A DNA stretch of 63,920 nt, the filler included, from Phoronis australis (Eukaryota; Animalia; Phoronida), in NCBI GenBank assembly GCA_002633005.1. It is 7 parts of 7 records of this genome, joined end to end, with 100 filler letters (N's around TTAATTAATTAA, not from the genome) between each part and the next. Parts side by side here need not be neighbours in the genome. Positions count along the whole stretch, not along the records: positions 1 to 12,669 come from NMRA01001624.1; positions 12,770 to 34,964 come from NMRA01000055.1; 5 more parts are not named here. One strand, written 5' to 3'. The translations under genes were made by a program, and so were the position numbers. The notes beneath the pieces were generated by a model. The model ran no database searches, was not told the DNA's origin, and saw nothing but the letters and a program-made list of their open reading frames with translations. Positions 1-12,779 of this stretch are shown here, in pieces. Position 1 is the first letter of the stretch; the number at the start of each line of letters is the position of its first letter.

Positions 1-578
1 CATTGTATGTTGTTCATGTGAAGGTTGTGATATTAAACCTTTATCAAGTTCCAATTGGTTAACAATGTTGTTTTTGGTAGGAGTTCAGAATATAGTAGTA
101 TGTTTTCTGGAGGCTCTGCTAAAAAATTTTTCTTTTGCTCTTTTTTAGCAATTTTCAGCGTAATGTCACAATATTTATCATTTTTCTTGTCCAGTAGCTT
201 CAAATGAATAAAGCCCAATCAAATTATCATTCAGTTTGGGTCTAGGGTTGTTGGTTTTTAAAGATTGGTTTTCAATGCAAAATTTTGCGAAAAGTCAGAT
301 TTCTCGAAAACGTGCAAGTCAAACCTTGGGAACTTTTTAGATTCTTAAAGTATAGTACTAAATGACCTTAAAAACACAAAAATTTTCTTTCCCCCGAAAA
401 GTACCCACAGGAGTGATTTTCTAGACTTCCTAGAGTGGAATGGACTATGGCCTACCATAAGTTAAAAACAAATTAACTCTTTGATTTATCCAATGCAATA
501 AGAAAGACCAAAAAGACTGCACACATTTAAATGACTAACAGAAATGAACAATTGCCTGTGGTCTGTCATGAATATTGT

Positions 579-1026
579 TGTTAGGTATGTTAGGTATTCC
601 CGCTAGGGGACAGTTTTGAGTTTTATCAAGGAGTTCTAGTTGGTCGCCGATAGTGAGCAGACGCGTGTCATGATTTATCTGAACACTGAGGCTGGACTTT
701 ATGTTTTCTTCATACTTTCTAAATATAACGCTATTTGTTTATGTGGTGAGCCTTTGCTACGGTGCGGACAGCAGCGTCTTGTGTATGGAACTTGACTGTA
801 TTATTTTGGTGGCCTTATGGAGTCAACGGAACACATGAGGACGCCTTGGTGATGAAGACTGAAGATGCCGCAAGTTTCAAGTTTTGGACTGTTGGTACTG
901 ACGTTCGTCCCTCTCTTCGTCCCATGTTTCACGTAACTTGATATCATGCTTGTAAATATGTAAATAGATATTAATTTAGATCGGGATAACTAAAAAGTGG
1001 TTCTTTTTGTTTGTATTACCGTAACA
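579..1026 (+). mobile_element. Solo LTR (448 bp)
   Basis: Ends TGTTA...TAACA (inverted), with a perfect 5-bp direct repeat ATTGT on both sides (574-578 and 1027-1031). No coding region inside. Strand is tentative. Confidence 0.7.
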
Positions 1027-1410
1027 ATTGTTATTTTCCAGAGTCCAATTTCTTGAGTAACGTAAAAATCGTAAGTGTGTTCCATTGTCTCTTGTTTACG
1101 CTAACACACATCGCATGCATCGGGATCACTAATTTTTACTTTCTGAAGAAATGAGTTTAGTTATAAACTACTATGAAAAGACTTACACTGCAACCTATAT
1201 AATGATCTATCTACAGTACATTTCAAACCTACACAATAAATCTTTGCTCATTTTATCTATCATAAAGCATTTATCTACAAATTTCGGATAGGTAGTTGTA
1301 GTAATTAGTTTATCACATTTTTTAACTGTCACTCCATCCTGAAGTTTTACTGAAGAACTGTATCAAACAACACAAAAGGTCCAATTCATGTATAATTTTA
1401 GACCAATGCT

Positions 1411-1822
1411 TGACTAAGTTCTTCATGCATCTATGAGAGATCCTTATTCTAAAATCTTTGTCTTAATAGGTAGAAATCTTTTGAATCATTAAAATTATCT
1501 CCCTGATGGTTTAATTAGTCATTTAGGTAATGCCTGTTGTTTAGTTCCTTTTTTGTGTTACTTTAACAACCTATTATTTTTCGCATTCTGGTAACACTCT
1601 TGGTTTATATCATTAACATATATTTTTAAGTCTGTCATTTATGCGAAAAGATAACTATTTATCAATTTCATTATTTATCTTTTGCTTGTCGCATAATCAC
1701 ACACCATCAAGAACTGGTGAAAGGCTTTCTAATAATATGACTCTCATGCAATTCGGTTGCAAAACGGCAGAGTTGCTAAAAGTTTTGTTGACAGTAAGTT
1801 ACATAGCAAGAACAATTACCGG
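1411..1822 (+). repeat. Interspersed repeat family A, copy 1
   Basis: Clearly similar to 10519-10915, e.g. shared 'tagaaatcttttgaatcattaaaa' and 'ggctttctaataatatgactctcatgcaattcggttgcaaaacg'. Confidence 0.8.
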
Positions 1823-2199
1823 AACTCAACTGTTAAGTCACTTTTCATGAAACAGACCGCTGGAGTCCGTAGTCAACAGTGTGACAGACTTAGAATTGCA
1901 ACTGATCTATTTATCTATTCATATTGATAACAAACCTACATTTTGTATAAAACATGGATGAAAAGGGGTTTTCATATTGTAGCGGCTTTGATCCATTATT
2001 CTGGAAGACTTTTTTTTAATGTTTATTACGAAATCTTCAATACAATGAATAAACATAACCCAGAAAGCGCCAAGAGGCATTATATCTGGGTTAAACAAAT
2101 ACAAAGAAAGCTATATACACTTATCATACACAAATACATCAATTAAAAACTGATGTTAAGATTACAATGACATGTGATTACGAATGTAAATAAATCATT

Positions 2200-3465
2200 T
2201 TCATGCACATTTATACAAATCTATCCACTCACACAAAGAGATTTAATATCATAAAGAAATTTTGATACTATTTCGAATAAAACCTTATTTTCATTTGGGT
2301 TGAGTTCTTGACATCCGTACAGAAACAAATTATTTTGTTGTACAATTGCGGAATTTCAGAATATTTTTTGTAAACATCGGGGTATTGTTGGAAAAGCTGT
2401 ACCCTCTGATCCATGCATACATCACCAGTAAAGAAAACATCAGCATTTGTCTGAGTGTCTCCACAGGAACACAAAGGCGAAATACTATTGAAATTATGTC
2501 TAAATTTCTCGTTGTTTAGGAATAAAAAGCATTTTGATCTGTATATGATTATTTCATGGTTGCGAGGAAGTTGGAATGATGTCAGTGGGACTGGCAAGTT
2601 TTGAGCAGTGACGATTGAAGTGCTTTCTTTTATTTTTGATAGTAATGAATTCCAGTTGTCAATGCAAGCTAAAACGGTAGATCTCCTGACGGAGATGGAA
2701 TAGTGTATATATTACTTTGCCGAAGTCCTGATCTCGTGTTAAGTCTTTTGTAGGAGTCAAAGAGGGTTTTGTTTGAATAATTGTTGATGTTGCTTAAGAC
2801 TTTGAATGTGCACATGGACAGGTGGAGTTTACGACGGGTTGCTAGTTTGCTCCAGTTGAGACTATTTAGAACCTGGATTGTGTTGGACCCTTTGTGTGCA
2901 CATGTTATGGCTAAAGCTGCTTATTAGTATTGTAGTCTTTCTAATTGATGAAGTATGACAGCGTTTTTGTAGATTATGTCACAGTAATCTAGATGTGGAA
3001 GTACTGAAGATTTGAACAGAGTTTCAAGATGCATGGAGTTGAAATGACGAGAGGCAATTCTAATTGGATTAATTTTTGTACTTTATGAACGAGTTTGCGA
3101 CAGTGAGGAGTAAATGTAAGCTTATGGTCTAGTAGCAAGCCAACGTGTTTGTGCGTGAAATTATTGGGAATAACTTCCCCATTAAGTGATTTTTCCAGCA
3201 ATGGATTTGTTTGGAAATTAGTATTATTAGACTTAGAAAATATAAGGTCAACACTTTTTTCAGGTTTAAATTTCATCTTCCATTTGTAAAACCAGTCATA
3301 GAGTTTGTTTAGGTCAGTTTGCAGTTGTAAGGAGCCATGGGGATGCTCCTTTGAGAATGGGTAGAAAATTGCAGTGTCATCAGCATATAAGGATGTTTTA
3401 GAGTTTATTGTGTCTGGAAGATCATTGATGTATACAGTAAAAAGAGTAAGGGGTCTAGCACGCTA
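2200..3465 (-). mobile_element. 5'-truncated, decayed CR1/L2-group non-LTR retrotransposon (3' part of RT)
   Basis: Minus strand reads ...VYINDLPDTINSKTSLYADDTAIFY...LQTDLNKLYDWFYKWKMKFKPEKS...HKHVGLLLDHKLTFTPH, then a C-terminal SPLCSCG motif. Several stops and frameshifts. Boundaries approximate. Confidence 0.85.
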
Positions 3466-4699
3466 CCCTTATTGGCTGACATGGATTTTGTGCTCGTGGG
3501 AGATTTTGTTTATACGTTTTACAGAATATTTAGTGGCCTAGTAGTAACCAAAAAGTAAAGAATAGGTTTGATTCTCAGCGAATTATAGGCTATCAACACT
3601 ATCTCATATTCATCAATCTATTAGTTACTTTGATTGTGGTAATTAGGTCACGGCAATTCGCCAATAGGCGGCGTGCAAACTACGTCACAAAAAGGTTGGT
3701 GACTTTTTGATTATTTTCGATAACGCATAGCTTCAACCTTCTCCAGAGATCAAATGGGATTGGTGTTCAAATCTGAGAGCAAGAAGCGGAAATAACTTGA
3801 TAATTGCATTTGCAATTGTTTATCTTGAAACTCAAATGAAATGGTTTCAACTTAGATTGCTTCACAATCTTATTGCAACAAAGTTTTTTCGAGAAAATGG
3901 CATAGCTGATTGCGGTCTTTTTATTTTTTATAAATTCCATGAAACTGTCAGAGATTGCAATATTGTAAAACATTTATGGATTAGCTGATCTCGTTGGCTG
4001 TAATACCCGTACAGAATGTCGATATATGTGTGTTTTGCTTTGAAGTAAAACTATATTAGGGCAAACATTTAGTGTAGTTTAAAACTCAAATTTTGGCAAG
4101 CAGTCGCCTTCATTGAATTCAAATGTACCGTAATTGTGTAAAACTGAGTTAGAATTTGGTAGTTCATCGTTTTTCAGTACGGCATAGATATGGGTTACAT
4201 TTTAAATTAGGTATAGGAAGGATAGTAAAAGGCAGTAAAAAGACGACGAACCCCTAAAATCTCCATTAATCGAGGCTAGACCTGTCGTCCTTGCGGACTC
4301 ATTGTCAAAAGACAGGGGTTCCAATGAAGGAGGCCGCAAGCACGACACGTCTGTTTTACCGGTGTGTTGTCCTTTTTACTATGTTTTTAATGTTTTGTAA
4401 TCGGTAACCGTATTTTAGTATTTCAGGCCCGTAGCCAGCATTTCGTGGTGGGAGGGGTTCAAAATTCTACAAGGAGAATGTCTTGACGAAATTTTTTATA
4501 TGGTTGTATTTCACGTGTTACTTAAATTGTATGGGTTACATCGCTGGAAATGGGAACAGCCTACTATTCCAAAGGTTCACTACTCCGAAGGTGTAATGCT
4601 CCAAAGATTCACAAATTCGAAAGTTCGCTACCCTGAAAATATTTAACATCTCGGACTCAGGTGTATTTTTACATGCAAAAATAAACGATACGTCTGTTA

Positions 4700-6545
4700 T
4701 TAGAAGCAGTAAGCAGTGTGCTTATACCGAAACAACGCCTGGGTAAAGCAATTTGTTTGGATTTCATGCGTGTGCAAAATTACCCACATGTCTGACGAAT
4801 ACCCAAAAATGAGTACGTACTTGCATTTTAAAAGAACATGAATATTGATGAATTATCAACCACCATACATTCATTAAATCCATGTCAAGATCGCATCATT
4901 TCTCAGCAAGACGCCCGGGTACCAAAGCACTTTGTTTTTGGATTTCATGCGGATGCGAGAAATTGACCTATCGTCAGGATTATGACCAATCAGAACGCAA
5001 CATTCTTCACACGCCTTCGTCTGCGTTTCCAAGCCGCAATTTCACCCGACAAACGACACATTGTCGTGTAAAACTTATTTTAGCGTATAGCTCAAGAAAT
5101 TATGCGATAAGAATGGTGAAACGGTGTTTGTATGGCGTGTGTAATTCCGAGAGCCGTTATGCAGCTCATTTATTGGACATCTCCTAAGTCAAGAAGCAAT
5201 GTCGAAAGTATCAAACTGTGTGAATGGCCACATGAGCAGATGAACTTGGCAATGTTGCTTGATTATTCGAAGGTTAAACGCAAATATATTTGTTTCAAGA
5301 TACGCACTTTTCAGTTTGGTGGCTATAGTGTAGGCCTATCTGATTTGAACTCCGGAGTTTCACTCGTCTGGCCGCCCTTGTCTCGGCACCTGCTACATCA
5401 CAGCACTAGTCTAGCGGTAGTTCCCCTGAAATTGTTATTTTAAGGATATTTCTAAAATTTGTTATTTATTTCGACTTAATGGACATAGTTTCACGGTTTC
5501 GTAGCAGAGGTACATTTTTTTGGATTCATGTACCCGTAGGCTGGCGTTCAACTGTACTTCTCTTCAAAATTGAGAGACTCGATCGGCATTAAGATTACTG
5601 AACTAAAAGCCTTGCTCGAGCAGTTGTCACGAGTAAATAAACAGTTGAATCAATTTTTGATGAGAGCCTTTAGTACACACTTCGCCTGTAGAATTAGAGA
5701 GAGCTCATTTTGAAGTTGTTCAAGCATGATATTTAGACTTATGAAGCATTAAAAAATAAATAAATTGAGTTATTTTTGTAAATACTAGCAAATTTTTTCC
5801 ACTACACCAGACTTGTCATCTTTTGTAACCAATCTAAGTTTAAAATTAATTGAACGCTACCTTTTTGAAATGAATCTACAAAAAATGCGAAGTTCATCGG
5901 AAAGTAGGCCTAACTTAAATGTCTTAATGGTGCGACAGTGTGCCTCTGACATATTGTTTGTTTGTCGGGTGTCACGTGACTTTTCGCAAAGGAGTGGAGC
6001 TTGCGATAGGTCAGTTTGTCCGCATGTCTTACGAATGTGGAATAATCAGTACGTTTTTGCATTTTAAAAAGAATTTGAAGTCGGAATATTGATGAATAAA
6101 TCACGATGCATTCACCAAATCCATGCCAAGTTCGTTTCATTTCACAGCGCGGCTGACAAGTTTTGGACCGCTGTGCCTCAACCTCATCCACGCGGAACTG
6201 CACTCACGGCCGGGTAGAAACTAAACGTAGTTATTAGTCTTATCCCTGCCAGTTTTCACGAAGTCACAGAGCCCCATTCGCCGATGGTCGCTGCAGCCCT
6301 GACCCGTGCCCCAGGTGTTGTCCCTGCTTGAAAATGAGTCGTTAGTTAGATTCAAGAATCACGATTTGTGTGATAATAACTGAGCTCATTTTCAAAACAA
6401 ACTTTTGTACACTCTTTAAATGGTCACTAAATGGACACAAATACAATACTTTAGTCATGTCAGTTCCGACTCATTAGTAGACAATTAGAATAATGAGCTG
6501 TGGGTGTTCTGGTTTCGGAATCGTGGACATTCGAAGTACTGAACT
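4700..6545 (+). mobile_element. Repeat family B copy with a decayed THAP-type DNA-transposon remnant
   Basis: 4700-4960 and 5990-6545 match 11880-12669. 5113-5300 reads MVKRCLYGVCNSESRY...(frameshift)PKSRSNVESIKLCEWPHEQMN...KYICFK, which looks like a degenerate THAP zinc finger. Confidence 0.55.
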
Positions 6546-7925
6546 TTCGTGTCTCCCCAAACTGTTAATGTGGTGGACAACAATCTTATCCTCATGTTTT
6601 ATTCAAATGCGCCGTCATCGAATACCCTAGAAACTCACTCTTTTTGCACTCAGTGAAAACCAATTAATTGTAAATGCTTTCAATTCCTGTAATATTATCT
6701 CTACTAAAGTTACATTATTATAAAAATGGTAGTCTAAACTTGGACATTTTTCTAAATGAATTCCTCTTAGGCAGTGTTAGTAAATTATTGTGAATCGCTT
6801 ATAAATCGGGTTGCTTCTGATTTCCATCAGTACATGTTTTTGATTTTAATGTGTTTATAATAGCATATCTAAATATCTGAATACTTATACTAGATACTAT
6901 TTACATGTTTATAGTTCTATGTATACTACTTTCATCTATGTACTGTCTACAACCAAGATATAATGCTTTGCGAATTTTGGGTTCGTCATTACTTTCCACG
7001 TATGTTCTGTGTATTCTTCAATGAACATATATCTCTTTCAAAAATTGTCCCGCATGCACCAACTGTTTCAGTTTTAGTGCTAAGCACTTTAGACTAATAA
7101 AATTCACAAGTGCTGGTATCGCTGGCCATGAATCACACGCCTGGAAAAGTATAAACATGTTCAATGTTCGACACACACAGCACATCTGAAGAGTAATTAA
7201 CAAGTCCTGATCGCATCGTAAACATCAGTGGTAAGTATCCTTTGCCTTGTGGATATATTTGTATGAATAGAAAAGGCGTTGCCTACGACTCGAAACGTAG
7301 AGAAATAAATGGTTTCGAGTTATGTATTGCTAGCATTTCACATTAATTTGTTTTGGTAAGGGCATCAACGCTGTTTCACACTGTAAATCGGGTAACTTAA
7401 GTGTTATTGCAATTCTGCGTTGTTGGCTATAAAATCACAGCCAACAACAAAAAAGCGTGGTAGTTCAAGTCTGTACTACGACCCTTTCGAGGTCTTACCG
7501 GCAAACAGCGCCAACTCGCATCAATTTGAGCCACGATATCATGCGCTTTTGGAAAAGCTTCCCAAGTAAGGTTTAAAATGCGATGATTTGTTAAGCGATG
7601 AGTGAAAAAATCATCTGCATTATTTCACTCGTCTCGGATGGATCTTTATTCTTGAAAAAGTAAGCAACTTGAAAAAACATCGCAGCATCGCCTTAATTTT
7701 CAACAAAAACACATAACCACTCATGTTTTTGCTTATCTCAGGCAGGTTATAAAATACCTACTTCATTCTTTGCAACGCACGCAAAACATGCTCTACGTTG
7801 TTGTCATCGCAACAGATTTTTTCACAAGTATATTTTTAAATATTTTTATTTGTTACTGATCTATGTTAATAGTGCTGTTCCAACGAAGCTAGCTTAAGTA
7901 AGAAACTTTATGTTACAGAGTCAAA

Positions 7926-7988
7926 ATGAAGGCAGCAGCAGTAGTTGTGTTTCTGGCTATAATCGCAATGGCGTGGGCTCAGTTGCCG
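7926..7988 (+). CDS. Coding exon 1 (signal peptide) of a small secreted chitin-binding-like protein
   Basis: ATG in AAAATG context after acceptor tgttacAG (7917-7918). Encodes MKAAAVVVFLAIIAMAWAQLP (hydrophobic core, AWA|Q cleavage pattern). Ends at donor GTAAGT (7989), phase 0. Confidence 0.85.
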
Positions 7989-9170
7989 GTAAGTACGTTT
8001 ATAAACGACACCAGATGCAGCAGTTCAATGACAAGACGGAACAGTTATTATTTCGTCTACATTTTCTTACTTGGTACAGCGTACCCACGTTAACCGTGAC
8101 TACACAAGTCAACACAAGCGTACACAGTAAACGCTCAATTAGCGGATGTATTAACCGCTAACTACCATGTGAATATCTGCATTCGCACTTTTGAACTATA
8201 AGCACTGTCAAGTACTTGTCTTCTTAATTAATGTTTTTTGCTATAACAAAGGTACATTTTGTCAGATCTGTGTTGCTATGACTGCCTCCATACATATTCC
8301 AGAGATTGTTCTCCCACTCCATCACATTGTTAGTGTGTATGGCTAGTGTCGGGATCACTGTCTCTTTTTACTGTATGTGTTAACTTTGAACTACTTGTGC
8401 ATGTGTCCATGTACTTATATATACTGATTTGTATGTTTTTTTTTTGTTTTGAGCTTAGGAGTAACCATAGAAAAATGTCAGCATTTAGCTTATTTTTCAT
8501 CGATTCCTTTCTCGGAGGTTACTGATCGGATTCAAACAAAACTTTCAAATACTATCAGTTGAGCATTGTTACACAATGCGCCTTTGGGGATGTTTTCTTT
8601 AAATGTCTCACTTTTGCAAGATACTTTTATGAAAATCAAAATCCACAAACGTAAAACTAAAACACTATTCAGGAATTGTAACCTACAGCTTTTTGAGATG
8701 CCATTGTTTTTATGAACATATTTTTCTTTTGTGGCTAATTTTGCTAAAAAGATATGGTCTGTCACTCAATCGATGACATTTTGGTACCAGGTAAAATTTC
8801 ATTTTACACGCTTTCTTCCCTTACGACGTTCCTAGTTAAAATTTTGTAGGAATATGGATAAATGCACAAGTGGTAATGTTATTGATATCCCTAATAAATT
8901 ATTTTGCCTTAGGGGAATGTGTAAATATATCTCAGAAGTTAACGTTATTTTGATTTATCGGCCGAATAATGTTATCTGGTGCTTGTACTTATAAGCATTT
9001 ACTTATAAAGTAAATGAAAAGTCTCCTTTTCTCTGCAAATAGTGCCGAGTTTCAGAATTCTAAAAAAGCGGAAGCCAACTCTCATAGCGAAATTGAAAGA
9101 CAGCTACCCCTAACAATAACCCATTGTCGTTCCATGCTCAATATGAAAAGAATGTCATGATTTATTCCAG

Positions 9171-9389
9171 CCACTGTATGGGTGTTATCGTCCCAAAGGA
9201 GAAGGCCAACCTCCAGACACGTGTGTCAGGGTGAAGGACCCCACATGTAAAAAATACTACTGCTACAGTAACTGGGAATTACCGGAATTTGGCGAACACA
9301 AAACTTGTCCCAATGGTCAAAGATTTGACTTGAATTCGTGTTCATGCTCAACAGCTTTATTTCTGTGTAATTTACCGTTCCGGACATAA
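9171..9389 (+). CDS. Coding exon 2: chitin-binding type-2 (CBM14/peritrophin-A)-like 8-Cys domain; full protein 93 aa
   Basis: Acceptor tttattccAG, phase 0, matching exon 1. Encodes PLYGCYRPKGEGQPPDTCVRVKDPTCKKYYCYSNWELPEFGEHKTCPNGQRFDLNSCSCSTALFLCNLPFRT*, with DPxCxxYYC and CPxGxxFD motifs. AATAAA at 9422. Confidence 0.8.
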   Translation, partial: PLYGCYRPKGEGQPPDTCVRVKDPTCKKYYCYSNWELPEFGEHKTCPNGQRFDLNSCSCSTALFLCNLPFRT

Positions 9390-9652
9390 TTTGACGATTT
9401 CACAGATTTTGATTCACCGAGAATAAAACCAGCACATTAAACAAACTAAAGAAAACTTGGTGTACCACCTAAATAATACAATATAAGGATATCTGGTACA
9501 CAACATCAGGCAGTCATTGAAATTATAGCCATTACACTAGAAAAACTTTTCGTTGTTTCGCTACTTAAACTCTAATGTACAGTTTAGTTAGGATCATTGA
9601 CCTGAATCTGCTGAACATAACAGCAATTCTAACTACGTGGAAGGACCGGTAA

Positions 9653-9842
9653 GAGTATCACGGTACGAGTATCATGGTACGAGTATCACGGAACGAGTAT
9701 CACGGTACGAGTATCACGGTACGAGTATCACGGTACGAGTATCACGGTTCGAGAATCACGGTACGAGTATCACGGTACGAGTATCACGGTACGAGTATCA
9801 CGGTACGAGTATCACGGTACGAGTATCACGGTACGAGTATCA
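9653..9842. repeat. 14-bp minisatellite (GAGTATCACGGTAC) x ~13
   Basis: Directly visible, near-perfect tandem units. Explains the spurious repetitive ORFs 9637-9912 and 9674-9916. Confidence 0.95.
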
Positions 9843-10012
9843 AATCTCGTATTTTTGTACAATTGAGACACTCAGCTACATTTCCATCACGCTTTACACA
9901 AAAATATTTTAAATAGAGTATTTTATACCACAATATTAGCCTCGAATGGCAGATACAACCGTGTAATAACCCATAAAGTTATCTCACTGGTGAGATAACA
10001 TTTTTGCGGGAA

Positions 10013-10084
10013 ACCGAGGCCGGATTCGAAACCTGGCCTCAAGAGTTGCGAGTCGCCGACTTTACCACTACGCCACTCTGCGGC
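10013..10084 (-). pseudogene. tRNA-derived sequence (tRNA pseudogene or SINE head)
   Basis: Minus strand GCCGCAGAGTGGCGTAGTGGTAAAGTCGGCGACTCGCAACTCTTGAGGCCAGGTTTCGAATCCGGCCTCGGT has an A box (TGGCGTAGTGG), a B box (GGTTTCGAATCC) and imperfect acceptor and T stems. The anticodon arm pairs poorly. Confidence 0.65.
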
Positions 10085-10518
10085 TGACGTCATCGAACGT
10101 GAAAATAGACGCGCAACAATCGCATGTTCAGCAAAGGGCATTGCACCGACATTTATACGCTATGAAAAATAAGACGCATGATTTCCATAAAAACGATATT
10201 TTAATTCAGTGAAATTTTTCTCTCGTGTTCTCTCACTTGTAAATCACCGATCTCCAATTTGAATGCAGGTATCGTGTCGTCGGGATCCTTTGACTTGAGC
10301 ATTATAGTCAGTTACTAGTGGTAACCTATTTTAGCAGACGATATTTTCCCGGTCGAAGCTTAGTGTGATCAAATGTGTAGTAGCTAAAATAGTTGCTAAA
10401 CCTTAATTTATAAATTCACTTTATTTCTATTTTGTTTTATTTTTCAATTGGTTTCGAATAAAAGCATTATTTGACAAAAATATCTAGGCTTTTCTTTAAA
10501 GGTCACGACCTTCGACCC

Positions 10519-10915
10519 CGACTAAATTCTTCAAAGCAACTATGAAAGACCTATATTCTGAATTCTTTGTCTTGACGATAGAAATCTTTTGAATCATTAA
10601 AATCATCTCCCTTTTGGTTTAATTTGTCATTTAAGTAACTTCTCTGGTTAATTTCCTTTTTATGTTACTATTACACCCTGTTATTTTTCGCATTTCGGTA
10701 ACACTCTTGGTTTTTATCATTAAAAATATTTTAAACCTGCCAGGTATGCAAAACGATAACTATTTATGATGTTGATTATTTATCTCTTGCTTGTCGTATG
10801 ATCATACACCATCAAGGCTTTCTAATAATATGACTCTCATGCAATTCGGTTGCAAAACGCCATAGTTGCTAAAAGTTTTATTGACAGTAAATTACATAGT
10901 AATAACGATTACCGG
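10519..10915 (+). repeat. Interspersed repeat family A, copy 2
   Basis: Similar to 1411-1822. Confidence 0.8.
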
Positions 10916-11879
10916 TACAAAAAGATGCAAACAAATGCCACGCATGCGCAGTGCAACCTCATCAGCGTGAGATCGAAGTTGGTATTCCAGGGTTAGAGTT
11001 CTGTGATTTTTGGTGCTTCTCTTAGTCTTAAAACTTGCCATCTCAATTTAACAATTTCTTTAGTGAACTAAGAAGTGTCATCAAAATCCACGACATGTTT
11101 GACTATTCTTGGTGAGTCGCCTCGTTGTCCGACCCGTTACCACATCTGGTGATTAAATACATAAGACTCATGCTGTTTGGAAATTACATTCAACTACAAC
11201 AGGCCTATTACTCGAAATGCAAGCATTACCAATCTTTTGGAGAAAAATCAGGTACACAAATCGTGACAACCGACCTTGATCCCAACAAAGTAAATTGATT
11301 TGTTTTTCGCATTGTTTGGACGGCAAAATAAAAAACGAGTCAGTTTCATAATATTACAGGATTCTATTTCCGTTAACATCAAGAACATCGAAACCATCAG
11401 CAACTCAAGAAAACGCTTGTAGCTTAAAATTGTCATCGAACCAGCCTTCACCGCAAACCAAAAAAAAACAAACATTTGCATAGTAGGCCTAGTATGTCAT
11501 GGTTGACGAAGTTACTGATAACATGTCCAGTGCAACTTCGGAAAACTTGTGTGAGCTGTGCTTTAAGGCCTCTCACCTGTAGAGGTCAATTTTGCATAAA
11601 GATCTTTGCACGACGCAGATAAAAATTGAAAAAACTTACATGTAGACCTGGCTTTTTGTTAGAACTTCCAACCTTGATTGCATTTTGGACAAGCGACAAC
11701 GATCTGAGTCGTAACAACCACTAGGTTTGTAATTTCACGGGACGGGCGTTCGGTAAATATCGCCCCTATGGTCCGGCAGAACCGAATTCATCAAAAAACG
11801 AATGCCTGGTCTACTATGGAGATGACTTTTTGTCCTTCCGTGTACAGTTATCAGTTTACGTGTAGAGGCACTGTATTTA

Positions 11880-12669
11880 TCTGCGTAAAGGACGCTATAC
11901 TGAAAACAACGTCTGGGTAAAGCACTAGATTTCGTGTGGATGCGAAATTGCCCGCAAGTCTGACAATACCGAAAAATGAGTACATGTGAAATAGGAATAT
12001 TGATGAATTATCTACCACGATACATTCATCAAATCCATGTCAAAATCGCATCAGTTCACAGTTGTGTACCTACAGGACGCCCGCCTACTAAAGCTCTTTG
12101 TTTTTTGGATGTCATGCGCATGAGAAGTTGTAGTCGCAAGTCTTACGAATGCGGAAAAGTGAGTGCATACTTGCATTTTTAAAAGACTACGAAGTTGAAA
12201 TATTGATGAATCAACCAAGATGAATTTACCAAATCTGTGCCAAGATCGCTTCATTTCACAACGCGACTGAAAAGTTTAGGACCGCTGCGCCTAGACCTAA
12301 CCCACCAGAACCACGCTCACGGCCTGGTACAAACTAAATGTAGTTAGTAGGCTACCTTGTCCCTGCCAGTTTTCACGAAGTCACAAAGTACCATTCGCCG
12401 TTGGTCGCCGCAGCCCTGACCAGTGCCCCAGAGGCTGTTCTTACTTGAGAATGAGCCGAGGAAGAATCACGATTGGCGTAATGTTTGGACTTGAGCTCAT
12501 TTGCAAAACAATATAATCAATTTTTTTTAGAACTATTCAACTTTTGCACACTCTTTAAATGGTCACGAAATGGACACAAATACAATACTTTATTCATGTC
12601 AGTTCCGACTCATTAGTAGACAATCTGTCGGTGTTCTGGTTTCGGAATTGTGGGCATTCTATGTAGTGA
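11880..12669 (+). repeat. Interspersed repeat family B, copy 2 (ends at a gap)
   Basis: Similar to 4700-4960 plus 5990-6545, e.g. shared 'ccctgccagttttcacgaagtcaca' and 'catgtcagttccgactcattagtagacaat'. Confidence 0.8.
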
Positions 12670-12769
12670 NNNNNNNNNNNNNNNNNNNNNNNNNNNNNNN
12701 NNNNNNNNNNNNNTTAATTAATTAANNNNNNNNNNNNNNNNNNNNNNNNNNNNNNNNNNNNNNNNNNNN
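12670..12769. other. Assembly gap with artificial TTAATTAATTAA spacer (same at ~34965, 43336, 56559, 59466, 62306)
   Basis: Identical ~100-nt N-spacer-N structure at six places. Confidence 0.97.
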
Positions 12770-12779
12770 CATATTTACA

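Noticed and set aside
9637-9916. Repetitive ORFs (VRVSRYEYHGTSIT)n; also a CRISPR-like appearance
   Set aside because: They are translations of a 14-bp tandem repeat that happens to lack stops. There are no unique spacers and no cas genes, and the context is eukaryotic.
12714-12725. Recurrent palindrome TTAATTAATTAA
   Set aside because: Always centred in ~100-nt N gaps. It is an artificial linker with stops in all six frames.
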